NCBI GenBank assembly: GCA_944381155.1
Contig: CALWKA010000001.1
Coordinates: 130,529 to 194,528, forward strand
Direction: 5' to 3'
Source of the DNA: an uncultured Clostridia bacterium
GTDB lineage: Bacteria; Bacillota; Clostridia; Christensenellales; UBA1242
Length of the DNA stretch: 64,000 nt
The notes beneath the pieces were generated by a model that was not told where the DNA came from, ran no database searches, and was given only the letters and a program-made list of their open reading frames with translations. Below are positions 36,700 through 45,996 of this stretch, piece by piece. Both the position numbers and the translations under genes were made by a program. Numbering within the stretch: the first letter of the stretch is position 1; the number at the start of each line of letters is the position of its first letter.

Positions 36700-36948
36700 A
36701 AAGCAATTTGATTTTTTGTGTTTTTAATTTTATGTAAAATTTTTAATCTAAAAAATTAATTTATTAGTTGGCAATGCTGATTTTTTGTATGAAATCATTT
36801 TAATCAAAATCGAATCGTAAGATTTTTTAACTTTTTCAAATAATGAAAAATGCCTTTTAAGTCATAAATAGAAAAATTGAAAAAGATTTGAAAGCCTTGA
36901 ATTGTGTATATCATCTTTAAGTTTGATATATTTTAATTTCATTTTTTG

Positions 36949-36984
36949 GCAAAAAAAATCTGCATAGTATTGAACTAATGCAGA
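36949..36984 (-). terminator. intrinsic terminator of spoVG
   Basis: On the minus strand, TCTGCAT and ATGCAGA form the stem around a 12-nt loop, followed by TTTTTTTT. Confidence 0.8.
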
Positions 36985-36996
36985 AGTGTACTGAGA

Positions 36997-37263
36997 CTAT
37001 TGATTATTTTTTTCTTTTTCATAAGCGGCTAATACAGCAGAACTAATTTGTTCTCTTGTCTCAGTGTTGGATGGGTGTACAATATCTCTGTACTCGCCAC
37101 TAGGTGCTTGCTTTGATGGCATAGCGATAAAGTTGCCATTGGTGCCTTCAATAATCTTCACATCGTGCACAACAAATGCATTATCAATCGTGAATGAGGC
37201 AACGGCCTTCAACTTGCTATCATCTTTGCTGACCAATCTGATTCTAATGTCTGTGATGTCCAA
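36997..37263 (-). CDS. spoVG: septation/regulatory protein SpoVG
   Basis: 88 aa. MDITDIRIRLV...AVASFTIDNAFVVHDVKIIEG.NGNFIAMPSK..PSGEYRDIVHP closely parallels B. subtilis SpoVG. Confidence 0.95.
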   Translation of the reverse strand: MDITDIRIRLVSKDDSKLKAVASFTIDNAFVVHDVKIIEGTNGNFIAMPSKQAPSGEYRDIVHPSNTETREQISSAVLAAYEKEKNNQ

Positions 37264-37436
37264 GTTTATTCACCTTCCCCTTTTTTAGATTAACTACATC
37301 GTAGTCATTAATATTTTACATTATTCAAATTTATTTTGCAAACATTTTTCACTATATTTATCTAAATTTTGGAAATATAATTCGTTTTTGTTATACGAAA
37401 GCGAGATAAATTTCATATATGAGTATAGGTGAAAAG

Positions 37437-38687
37437 ATGAAAAAAGTTTTTCGATCGGTATTGTTTTTAGGCATAGGCGGAGTGAGTATGCATCAACTAG
37501 CGCTTGCATTCAAAGAAAAGGGCTATACAGTGTACGGCTACGACCAGAAAAAAAGTGAATATACAAACAAATGTATAGAAGCGGGCATAGTCGTGACGAA
37601 TAGATTTAGACGCGAATATTTGCAGGTAGATTTTTGCGTGAAAACGGGCGCTATCAAAGACGACAATAAATATGTGATCAATCTAAAAAAATTGAATAGC
37701 CCAATATTTGATCGCGCAGAGATATTGGCAAACTTGTGTAGAGAATTTAAGTGTGTGATAGCAGTGGCAGGCACGCACGGGAAATCTACCACCGCTTCAA
37801 TCATTTATGAGATTTTGCATAGAGCGGGCAAAAAAGTCTCTTGCCATATTGGAGCGGATGTTTTCGCTCCGCGCTTTAAGTGCGGGGATGATTTTTTGGT
37901 GGTGGAAGCGTGCGAATACAACAAAAGTTTTTTGCGATTGAAACCAACTATATCCGTGGTGACAAATGTTGAGGCGGAGCATTTGGATACATACAAAAAT
38001 ATATTCAATTTGAAAACAGCATTTTTGACATTTTTAAAGCGTGGGGAAAAAAGATTCGTGTTTGATAGTGCGAGCGTAGATTTTTTAAAACGGACAAAAA
38101 ATGTCACATTTGTATCAAAAACTAAACTAAATATAAACCCAAAGATAAAGGGTGAATACAATTTGAATAATATTTCGCTTGCCATAGCAGTGGCGCACGA
38201 ACTAAATATTGATGACAGCACGATAATAAAAGCGGTGAATTCATTTTCTGGAGTGCCCAGAAGATACGAATATCTGGGCAAATATGACAACGCAAAAATT
38301 TTCATAGATTATGCGCATCATCCCACCGAATTAAAATCATTTATACAGGCGTTTTCGACCGAATTTCCTGATTATAAGATCGTGTTTCAACCGCATACAT
38401 ATTCGCGAACAAAAATGTTTTTGAAAAAATTTTTGCAGGCACTAAAGGATGTAAAAAATCTTTGCATTTTCAAAGAATATCCCGCCCGCGAGAAAAAGAA
38501 TTTGGGGCTTGGTGCGCACGACTTGTATCTCGAATTGAAAAAATATAATCAAGGGGTGAGATATGGTGCGTCTATGAAAAGTTTGCTAAATTTTGTGTCA
38601 GGGTGTGAACCCGTGGCGTTTGTGGGAGCGGGTGATATAGACAAATTTGCCAAAAAGATTGTGAAAAGTTATCAAAAAAACTGTTGA
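37437..38687 (+). CDS. murC: UDP-N-acetylmuramate--L-alanine ligase
   Basis: N-terminus is FLGIGGVSMHQLA and the ATP-binding motif is GTHGKSTT, with overall Mur ligase layout. The start was placed at the ATG after AGGTGA. The upstream ATG at 37419 lacks an SD. Confidence 0.8.
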   Translation: MKKVFRSVLFLGIGGVSMHQLALAFKEKGYTVYGYDQKKSEYTNKCIEAGIVVTNRFRREYLQVDFCVKTGAIKDDNKYVINLKKLNSPIFDRAEILANLCREFKCVIAVAGTHGKSTTASIIYEILHRAGKKVSCHIGADVFAPRFKCGDDFLVVEACEYNKSFLRLKPTISVVTNVEAEHLDTYKNIFNLKTAFLTFLKRGEKRFVFDSASVDFLKRTKNVTFVSKTKLNINPKIKGEYNLNNISLAIAVAHELNIDDSTIIKAVNSFSGVPRRYEYLGKYDNAKIFIDYAHHPTELKSFIQAFSTEFPDYKIVFQPHTYSRTKMFLKKFLQALKDVKNLCIFKEYPAREKKNLGLGAHDLYLELKKYNQGVRYGASMKSLLNFVSGCEPVAFVGAGDIDKFAKKIVKSYQKNC

Positions 38688-38712
38688 CAAATGTATATTT
38701 TCAAGTTATAAT
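38684..38712 (+). promoter_or_regulatory. sigma-A promoter of rpmE
   Basis: TTGACA (38684-38689), 17-nt spacer, TATAAT (38707-38712). It overlaps the murC stop region. Confidence 0.7.
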
Positions 38713-38741
38713 CATTTAGCTAGAATAATTAAGGAGTAGTT

Positions 38742-38960
38742 ATGAAGAAAGATATTCAACCTAATTATGTAGAAGTTACTTTTCTATGTGCTTGTGGCAA
38801 TGAGTTCAAAGGCAAGACTTCAAAACAAGGAGTAAAAGCAGGCGACACTGTTAAATTGGAAGTTTGTGATAAGTGCCACCCATTCTTTACTGGTCAGCAA
38901 AAACTCGTTGATACCGAAGGTCGTGTAGATAGATTCAATAAGAAACATAAATTGAAATAG
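38742..38960 (+). CDS. rpmE: 50S ribosomal protein L31 (Zn-binding type A)
   Basis: 72 aa. MKKDIQPNY...CACGNEF...[10 protein letters not shown]. Confidence 0.95.
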   Translation: MKKDIQPNYVEVTFLCACGNEFKGKTSKQGVKAGDTVKLEVCDKCHPFFTGQQKLVDTEGRVDRFNKKHKLK

Positions 38961-39012
38961 CCAATTTACGCGTCTTTTTTTGCATATGCAGATTGGGCGC
39001 GTATTTTTTTTG
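38961..39012 (+). terminator. probable intrinsic terminator after rpmE
   Basis: CCAAT pairs with ATTGG, with an inner GCATATGC palindrome. GCGCGTATTTTTTTT follows. The structure is imperfect. Confidence 0.45.
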
Positions 39013-39040
39013 TTTATAAACAAATTGAAACTAAAAATTT

Positions 39041-39862
39041 ATGAAATTGATTGAATTGAGAAACGAATTGAAAAAAACATATCGTCAGCACGGAAAAGAT
39101 GTTGCTGATATTGATTTTATTGTTTCCGAATTGTTGAAAGTGTCGCGAACAGAGTTGTCGCTGATAGACGAAATTTCATCCGCGCAGGAAAAGAAAATCA
39201 GGCAATATGCAAAATTCAGATTGGACAAGTCAATACCAATAGACAAATTGTTTAAAAAATCATATTTTTATGGCTTGCAGTTTTTTGTGGATGAAAATGT
39301 GCTTTCTCCGCGTCAGGATAGCGAAACGCTTGTGGACAGTGCGATAAAATATATTAAACTGATGGATCTTAAAAATGTGTTGGACTTATGTACGGGGAGC
39401 GGATGTTTGGCTATTGCTATCGAAAAAAATTGTATGGTCAATCTGACCGCTTCAGACATTTCAAAATCTGCCCTAAAAATTGCTAAATTGAATGCAAAGC
39501 GATTAAGCGCAAATATTAGATTCGTGTTAAGTGATCTATTTGAAAATATTGATGAAAAATTTGATCTGATAATTTCAAATCCGCCATATATACCTAGCGA
39601 TGTGATCGATTCGCTTGATCGTGAAGTGAAAGATTACGATCCAATGTTGGCGCTGGATGGTGGCGCGGACGGACTAGATTTTTATAAAAAGATTGCATCT
39701 GATTTCTCCACACATTTGACCGAACGCGGAATATTGATTTTGGAGATAGGATATAATCAGTGTGAAGATGTGATTTCAATATTCAAAGATTATAAATTTT
39801 TGGAAAAGGTGCCTGACTTAAACGGAATAGATAGAGTTTTGGTATTTCAAAATAAGGAGTAA
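39041..39862 (+). CDS. prmC: release factor glutamine N5-methyltransferase PrmC (HemK)
   Basis: 273 aa. SAM motif is LDLCTGSGCLAIA and catalytic motif is NPPY (ISNPPYIPS). Confidence 0.9.
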   Translation: MKLIELRNELKKTYRQHGKDVADIDFIVSELLKVSRTELSLIDEISSAQEKKIRQYAKFRLDKSIPIDKLFKKSYFYGLQFFVDENVLSPRQDSETLVDSAIKYIKLMDLKNVLDLCTGSGCLAIAIEKNCMVNLTASDISKSALKIAKLNAKRLSANIRFVLSDLFENIDEKFDLIISNPPYIPSDVIDSLDREVKDYDPMLALDGGADGLDFYKKIASDFSTHLTERGILILEIGYNQCEDVISIFKDYKFLEKVPDLNGIDRVLVFQNKE

Positions 39863-39865
39863 TTT

Positions 39866-40936
39866 ATGTTGGAAAAATTGAAAGGTATCAAAGAAAAGTA
39901 CGATATTTTGACTCGTGAGATTGCAGATCCGCAAGTGATAGCGGACACAAAAAATTGGCAAAAAAAAGTGAAGGAACATTCTTCACTTCAACCATTGATG
40001 GAAGAATATGAAAAATATGAAAAGTTAAATAAGGATTATGAAGATGCGCGCTGTTTGATTGAGACCGAAACGGACAATGAAATGAAAAATATGCTCAAGG
40101 AAGAATGCGAAGATCTAAAAGGCAAAATTAATGAAAGTGAAGAACAATTGAAAATTTTGCTTTTGCCAAAAGATGAAAACGATACAAAAAATGTCATTTT
40201 GGAGATTCGTGGCGGAGCAGGTGGGGAAGAAAGCGCGCTTTTTGCACATAGTTTGTTCCGTATGTATCAAATGTATTGCGATTCGCACAAATTCAAAATG
40301 GAGATAATGAATATTGAAGAAACCGAACTGGGCGGAATCAAAGAAGTGCAGGCAATGATTAAAGGTAAAAATGCATACGCGCGTTTCAAATATGAATCGG
40401 GCGTGCATAGAGTTCAGCGTGTGCCCGAAACAGAGAGTCAGGGCAGGGTGCACACTTCTACTGCCACCGTGGCTATTTTGCCCGAAATGGAAGACGCAGA
40501 AGTGGAAATAAATGACAAAGATATTCGAATTGACCTATTCAGAAGCAGTGGCGCGGGCGGTCAGCACATCAACAAGACAGAATCTGCTATTAGAATTACG
40601 CACTTTCCTACGGGAATAGTGGTCAGTTGTCAAGACGAGCGCAGTCAGACTCAAAACAAAGAAAAGGCGTTCGCCATGCTTCGCGCGAAAGTTTATGATT
40701 ATTATCAACAACAAAAAGAGGCGGAGTATAGACAAAACAGGAAGAGTCAGGTGGGCACAGGGGATAGAAGCGAGCGAATTCGCACATACAATTTTCCACA
40801 AGGTAGGGTAACCGATCATAGAATAGGACTCAGTTTATACAATATTGAAGATTTTATGAATGGCGATTTGGACGAAATGATGGACGCGTTGACTCTTGCA
40901 GATCAGCAAAGGAAATTGAGCGAACAAGAAACCTAA
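39866..40936 (+). CDS. prfA: peptide chain release factor 1
   Basis: 356 aa. Has the RF1-type tripeptide region VQRVPETESQGRVHTS and the GGQ motif SGAGGQHINKTESA. Confidence 0.95.
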   Translation: MLEKLKGIKEKYDILTREIADPQVIADTKNWQKKVKEHSSLQPLMEEYEKYEKLNKDYEDARCLIETETDNEMKNMLKEECEDLKGKINESEEQLKILLLPKDENDTKNVILEIRGGAGGEESALFAHSLFRMYQMYCDSHKFKMEIMNIEETELGGIKEVQAMIKGKNAYARFKYESGVHRVQRVPETESQGRVHTSTATVAILPEMEDAEVEINDKDIRIDLFRSSGAGGQHINKTESAIRITHFPTGIVVSCQDERSQTQNKEKAFAMLRAKVYDYYQQQKEAEYRQNRKSQVGTGDRSERIRTYNFPQGRVTDHRIGLSLYNIEDFMNGDLDEMMDALTLADQQRKLSEQET

Positions 40937-41080
40937 ATCGCAATCAATCTAATAAAATAAAACATTTTAAATTAAATCAATTCAATTAAAATGTATACAC
41001 AAATTATGATCTATTTGTAATAATTAGCGATCAAAATATTTCATAACACACTCAATCAATTAATTTATTAAAAAAAACAA

Positions 41081-41108
41081 AATAGTGCATTGGCGCTATT
41101 TTTTGTTT
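41081..41108 (+). terminator. intrinsic terminator after prfA
   Basis: AATAGTGC ATTG GCGCTATT followed by TTTTGTTT. Confidence 0.6.
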
Positions 41109-41135
41109 GCGAATTTCAAATGACTATGCTATAAT
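41107..41135 (+). promoter_or_regulatory. promoter with extended -10 for the 616-aa gene
   Basis: TTGCGA (41107-41112), 17-nt spacer including TGc, TATAAT (41130-41135). Confidence 0.55.
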
Positions 41136-41152
41136 TTATTTAGGAGAATTAT

Positions 41153-43003
41153 ATGGCTAAGTATTTGAAACAGGATTCTGAATTGGGGTATGTAGAAGAC
41201 AGCGCAGAGATTGAATATTTGAAATTCAACAATTTGCGACATACAATTCTTGGTTATATGTGGGGAGATTTCAATTCTTCAGGTGAATATGTGCTATCTC
41301 CTGAGATTCAGCACGAAATGATTGCTATGCCAAAATATGTCGTGGAGACGATTGATAACATTGATGTGTGTTTGGGCAATGTCAAGTTTGACAAGCAAAT
41401 TACATTTATGGTGACCACCGAGGGCAATCGTGCCACGCTTTCTTTGGTGGAAAAAATCAGTTTTGAAGCGAACAACAAATTAAATAGTGGCACATATAGC
41501 AACATAAACGAATATGTGTTGGATGAAGTTGAAACATCTGGCGTGGTGGACAAAAATGCACTATATAGGCGCTGGAATATCTCTACTGCTCCGAGCGAAG
41601 TGCTGGACATTTTCCATATGGATGAAGAGAGTTTGGCTACGCTTTTTGGGTTGGTGTCACGATTCAAATATCTTATCAAAGCGAATGCTATTTTGTTGAA
41701 AAGCGAAGAAAAGTTGGAAGAAATCGAAGCGGAATATTCGGTCAATCTGCTCTCAATTATAGACCATTATCCAAAATTGAAAGTTTTGGTGGATGAAGAC
41801 TTGAAAAAGACGCTATCAGAGAAAAAAGATTTTATCCGTATAGATAGACCAAATTTTGCCAAGACCTTGAACGAAGTCATAGAGAAATCTATTAATTCAA
41901 ATATGAATGTTTTGACAGATGAAGAAAAGGCAGATTTATTAGCAGAAAGGCGCAATGCGCAATTAGCATATAATATCAAATCTAGGGATGAAATCGCTGT
42001 TAAGACGGAAAAGATAGAAACAAATAGAGCAGAAAGAATAGATACAAATAATTTAGAAAGTGTAGAGTTAAGAGAAGATAGTTTTGATAACGAACCGGAT
42101 GAGAAGAAAAGAGATAGGATCGTTTTAGATACACAGAATTTGGAGCGGGATATGTCTGTTGTGGATCTTATGAAAGAAACTTTGCAGGCAGAAAAGGAAG
42201 TGATAGGACGAACAGAAGCGGAAGCGGTGGCGGTCAATGTGGGCGCAGTTAGAGAATCAGCTAAAGAAAATGCGTCCAAATTGATTGAATCAATAAGGGA
42301 AAACGGAAAAGAATTAGTTCCGCGCACCGAGTCCGAGCAGGGCGAGCAGGTACAATCTAGTCGCGCACAATTGCTAAAAGCTTTAACAAATAGGGGCGCT
42401 GAAGTAAATGCAAATATTAGCCCGTCTACGAATAAGCAAATAACAGAAAGCCAGAAGAAACAAGAGATTGAATCTACCAAAGCATCAGCAGCTGTCAATA
42501 CTAATAAAGAGAAGAAAAACGAAGTCCAATCTACACCGAAATCTCCTGCGCCAACAAAATCTGCGAGTGCATCCGCTGACGCAAAAAAGGGTGGCTCTGG
42601 CGGTGGTAAGAGCAAGGGAGGCAATTCAAATAAACCAACGAATGGTAAAACCTCTAAAAATCAGGAAAGAAATGTAAGGGGAAATGTTTCCAATAATATA
42701 AGCACGGGTTCATCTGATCGTAGAATATTAAGCCGTGTAAACGCTGATGATAGGCGGGCGAAAACTGGACAAACCAAAACGGAAAAAACTGTAGTGGGAA
42801 TGATGTCGGAAGGCGATTTTAAACGAATTGAAGAGGAAAAATTACAGATGAGGACAGCAAACAAAACAGTTCAAGAAGTCAAACTAGAAAACACAACTCA
42901 ACCGGTTAGACTAGGAAACACAAATGAAGAAACAATCCATTTAGACGACAATCCATATACACAAGGAGAACTTCAAGAGAATGATTTATTAAATATGCAA
43001 TAA
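41153..43003 (+). CDS. hypothetical cytoplasmic protein: ordered N-terminal domain of about 250 aa plus a charged, probably disordered tail of about 360 aa
   Basis: 616 aa with SD AGGAGA. No signal peptide. The tail is rich in E/K/R/T/S/N and includes KKGGSGGGKSKGGNSNKPTNGK. Confidence 0.8.
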   Translation: MAKYLKQDSELGYVEDSAEIEYLKFNNLRHTILGYMWGDFNSSGEYVLSPEIQHEMIAMPKYVVETIDNIDVCLGNVKFDKQITFMVTTEGNRATLSLVEKISFEANNKLNSGTYSNINEYVLDEVETSGVVDKNALYRRWNISTAPSEVLDIFHMDEESLATLFGLVSRFKYLIKANAILLKSEEKLEEIEAEYSVNLLSIIDHYPKLKVLVDEDLKKTLSEKKDFIRIDRPNFAKTLNEVIEKSINSNMNVLTDEEKADLLAERRNAQLAYNIKSRDEIAVKTEKIETNRAERIDTNNLESVELREDSFDNEPDEKKRDRIVLDTQNLERDMSVVDLMKETLQAEKEVIGRTEAEAVAVNVGAVRESAKENASKLIESIRENGKELVPRTESEQGEQVQSSRAQLLKALTNRGAEVNANISPSTNKQITESQKKQEIESTKASAAVNTNKEKKNEVQSTPKSPAPTKSASASADAKKGGSGGGKSKGGNSNKPTNGKTSKNQERNVRGNVSNNISTGSSDRRILSRVNADDRRAKTGQTKTEKTVVGMMSEGDFKRIEEEKLQMRTANKTVQEVKLENTTQPVRLGNTNEETIHLDDNPYTQGELQENDLLNMQ

Positions 43004-43026
43004 AAAATCGCCGAAAGGCGATTTTT
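43003..43026. terminator. bidirectional intrinsic terminator
   Basis: AAAAATCGCC GAAA GGCGATTTTT, a perfect 10-bp stem with a GNRA-like loop, between convergent genes. Confidence 0.9.
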
Positions 43027-43043
43027 CAATTATTAAATTTTAT

Positions 43044-43511
43044 TTACAACTCCACATTTTGACCAAGAGCATAATCAAGTCCGCGATTAGCCAAATCTGT
43101 AAAATTTCTAGTAAGATCGTACAAGAAGTCGGTCACCTCTTTTGTTTTTGCAATTGTGCGAGCCTGTTCTGAATTTTCAGCCAAGATAGTTTCAAAATCA
43201 TATACAATATTTGCCATATTAAGTTTATAACCTTGAGGTATATATGTAACGATTCTTAAGTATAGAGCCGTGACAAAATAATCAAATGGAGAGCCCATAA
43301 TTGATCTAGATTTTTCAAATCTATATCTATCAGTCTTTTCGTCCTTAAGCCTAAGAGCATTCATTGAATCATCAGTTATTTTCCAGTTTGGGTTATTCGT
43401 AGGCATAAAATATCTTTCAAATAATTCTTGATCGCTCAAAGCGTCAATTCTTTTTGCTGCTGCAGAATTGTATTTTAATGAAAATTGTATGTTTTCATTC
43501 TCGTTTGGCAT
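43044..43511 (-). CDS. hypothetical protein (155 aa)
   Basis: Strong SD (AAGGAGTGAATTATG on the minus strand). No family recognised. Confidence 0.7.
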   Translation of the reverse strand: MPNENENIQFSLKYNSAAAKRIDALSDQELFERYFMPTNNPNWKITDDSMNALRLKDEKTDRYRFEKSRSIMGSPFDYFVTALYLRIVTYIPQGYKLNMANIVYDFETILAENSEQARTIAKTKEVTDFLYDLTRNFTDLANRGLDYALGQNVEL

Positions 43512-43867
43512 AATTCACTCCTTATTTCTATTTGTTACGCAAATTTTAACACATAATTTTATTTTTGTAAATACCTTTTTTTAAACTTTTTTAATATTAT
43601 TTCAATAATTGTGCTGATTTTGCCCTAATTGCGCGTTTGCTTTTTGCCAATTTTATATATTAATTTATTGTTGATATTAAAATTTTATGTATTTGCAAAC
43701 TAATTTGACAATATAAAATCAATGTGCATTTTCCAATATATAGTTTAAAATGATAATGTTCAAGTTAAATATCTCTATAAAACTATAATTTGTTTCAAAA
43801 TTCAATAAATTAATATTTATTATTCCGTCATCATTAATTTTGTCGCTAGTTTTTCTAATTTTAAAAA

Positions 43868-44203
43868 TTATTTTTCATTTTTGTAGTCAAGTGGGGAGTA
43901 AGTTTTGTTCATCACTTTTAGTATTGTGGAGAATTCGTCGTCTTGAGCAGATTTGTTGTTGTGAAGTTTTCCACATTTGCTACACTTATATTGTATTATA
44001 TATCCTTTTTTTCCACTAATTGTGACATCAATGGGGAAAAGTATTCCGCAACACTCATTCGCCCTATCCCCAGGGTTGACATCAATGTGCAGGGAAGCAA
44101 GGCAGTGAGTGCAGTGGTCACGCGAACTATATTTCAATTCGGGCACGCGCTTTTTGCACCAAACGCAAACAAAACTATTATCATTCTTTTCAAATTGTTT
44201 CAT
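43868..44203 (-). CDS. RNHCP-domain zinc-ribbon protein
   Basis: 111 aa. CVWCKK...SSRDHCTHCLASLHID...ECCG...CSKCG follows the RNHCPxCLxSxHVD pattern of the RNHCP domain. Confidence 0.6.
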   Translation of the reverse strand: MKQFEKNDNSFVCVWCKKRVPELKYSSRDHCTHCLASLHIDVNPGDRANECCGILFPIDVTISGKKGYIIQYKCSKCGKLHNNKSAQDDEFSTILKVMNKTYSPLDYKNEK

Positions 44204-44534
44204 AGTTATAGTATATCATATTTTTTCAATTGAGTAAAGGATAAGTATAGACGAAGGAAAAATCAAAGCCATATTAATAAGAGTATAAATATAAAACGAT
44301 CAATTGATTACAATAGAACATATAAAAATAAATTATATAAATCATATTTATTCAATGACTAAATATAAAAGCAATAAATATTAGAAAATTAATAATAAAT
44401 TTATGGAATAAATATTAAAAGACAGAAGTTAATTCGGTCAAAAATTAATATGTATTTTTTAAGTAGATACAAACATTTGTTTTCATTCAGATTTTTGATT
44501 GTGTTCAAAATTTGTTTGTGATAATATATTGATT

Positions 44535-45176
44535 ATGAAACAAGACAGGATTTCACATAAAAAATTTGTAAAGATTAGAAAGCAATTTTTCTTGGTGCAT
44601 CAAGAACCTGATTTTTTTGTTGATACAAAATCTAGTCCAATATTAATATCTGTCCCGCACGCAGTCAAGCAAACGCGCTTGGGCAAGCAGAAAAATGAAG
44701 AGATAGGCACTCTTTCCACAGGCATCATATTGGCGGATAGGCTAAATTCGTCTTTGATAATAAAGACAAAAAACAATTTTGACGATGCTAATTTTGATAA
44801 AGAATCGAATTATAAGGATAAAATCAAATATCTGATTTCTGCAGTTGGTATAAAGTATATTATAGACATACACGGATTAAAGAGAGAGCGAGATTGCGAT
44901 ATAAATCTCGGAATCAACTTTGGCACGAATATAAAAAATGATGTTAATCTGTATGACAAAATCTTATCTGGTTTGAAAAACGCGGGATTTGTCACCACCA
45001 TAGACAATCCGTTCAGGGCGGGAGAGCGAACAATCTCGGGTTATTTTTCTACGAATTACAATGTGTGGACAATTCAAATTGAGATAAATAGCCGAATTAC
45101 GAACGATAGCAAATACATATCAAAACTGAACGAGCTTTTAGATATTTTAATCTCTGCATTCAAAACAATTAAATGA
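44535..45176 (+). CDS. putative N-formylglutamate amidohydrolase-family protein
   Basis: ILISVPHAVKQTR, DDANFDKE, YIIDIHGLKRE and WTIQIEINSRI resemble conserved blocks of the FGase family. The start is uncertain: ATG 44535 or GTG 44499, neither with a clear SD. Confidence 0.45.
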   Translation: MKQDRISHKKFVKIRKQFFLVHQEPDFFVDTKSSPILISVPHAVKQTRLGKQKNEEIGTLSTGIILADRLNSSLIIKTKNNFDDANFDKESNYKDKIKYLISAVGIKYIIDIHGLKRERDCDINLGINFGTNIKNDVNLYDKILSGLKNAGFVTTIDNPFRAGERTISGYFSTNYNVWTIQIEINSRITNDSKYISKLNELLDILISAFKTIK

Positions 45177-45276
45177 TAAAGAAAGGTTTGATTAGTAAAA
45201 TGTTGTAAACGCAAAGCTTGAATAAAAATGGTATAGTGCAATCGTAAAAATTTCATAAAAAAGTTCATAAAAAGGG

Positions 45277-45305
45277 TTGACAATCATTATTTTCTTTGAT
45301 AAAAT
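45277..45305 (+). promoter_or_regulatory. sigma-A promoter with extended -10 upstream of the S10 cluster
   Basis: TTGACA (45277-45282), 17-nt spacer, TGaTAAAAT (45297-45305). Confidence 0.65.
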
Positions 45306-45311
45306 AAAATT

Positions 45312-45677
45312 GCTGATTAATGGTTTGACGCATAAGGTTGCATTTGTTAGCAAGCGACAAATGGGAATTTATGTTGACCTAGTCTAGTTTGACGCCGACC
45401 AAAATATAGGGCATAGCCCAATTTATTTTTGAAGATCAGCACTTTACACCCGGCATCGTGTAAAATCGAGTAAGTGAGCAATCAAACTGCCGAAATACAC
45501 CTTAAACATCTAAAATTTCATTCAACCTGCGCTATGTATTTAGATTTAGCAAATTAAAACAGATAAATATATTAATATATACCTATTAAAAGCGGTTGGT
45601 GAAAGCGATGGATAAGTCTATGCTGGAAGTAAACGAAAGTCGGTTTAGTGTTGACTATAAGTAAAAGGAGAAGAAAA
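45312..45677 (+). promoter_or_regulatory. long (about 365 nt) untranslated leader or possible small RNA upstream of rpsJ
   Basis: GC content is higher than in other spacers. Hairpins are CATTTGT/ACAAATG (45341-45363), GGGC-ATA-GCCC followed by AATTTATTTTT (about 45409-45430), and TTTACAC/GTGTAAA (about 45443-45464). GTTTGACGC occurs twice. No ORF. Confidence 0.4.
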
Positions 45678-45986
45678 ATGGCAACAACAAAACTCAGAAT
45701 CAAACTTGCATCATACGATACAGGTTTGCTAGAAAGCGTGGTATCAAGAATACTTGACACTGCGACAAAGTCTGGATGTAAAGTTTCTGGACCTGTTCCA
45801 CTACCTACAAAAAAGGAAGTGGTGACAATCATTCGTGCTACACACAAATACAAAGATTCGCGTGAGCAATTTGAATCTCGCACGCACTTTAGATTGATTG
45901 ATGTGTTTGCACCAAACGCAAAAGCAGTAGACACATTATTGAAGATGAATGTTCCTGCTGGCGTAGACATTAAGGTAGAATTATAA
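45678..45986 (+). CDS. rpsJ: 30S ribosomal protein S10
   Basis: [14 protein letters not shown]... after the SD AAAGGAG. First gene of the conserved S10 cluster. Confidence 0.97.
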   Translation: MATTKLRIKLASYDTGLLESVVSRILDTATKSGCKVSGPVPLPTKKEVVTIIRATHKYKDSREQFESRTHFRLIDVFAPNAKAVDTLLKMNVPAGVDIKVEL

Positions 45987-45996
45987 GGAGGGAACT

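Noticed and set aside
41767-42624. 285-aa minus-strand ORF inside the 616-aa gene
   Set aside because: It is antisense to a purine-rich Lys/Glu-coding tract, so stops are rare by composition. The product is low-complexity Phe/Ser/Leu with no translation signals.
45600-45650. GAAAGTCGG in the S10 leader resembling the RNase P RNA P4 motif; also tmRNA, SRP RNA or 6S RNA as identities for the leader
   Set aside because: The motif is at the wrong end and lacks the flanking GAGGAAAGUCCGGGC context. There is no tRNA-like GGTTCGA 3' end, no SRP domain IV motif, and no long end-to-end pairing as in 6S RNA.
45572-45970. 132-aa minus-strand ORF overlapping rpsJ (likewise 53557-54156 over rplR/rpsE, 50683-51012 over rplN and 51962-52447 over rplE-rpsH)
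   Set aside because: The plus-strand genes are unmistakable ribosomal proteins. The antisense ORFs have no signals or recognisable content.
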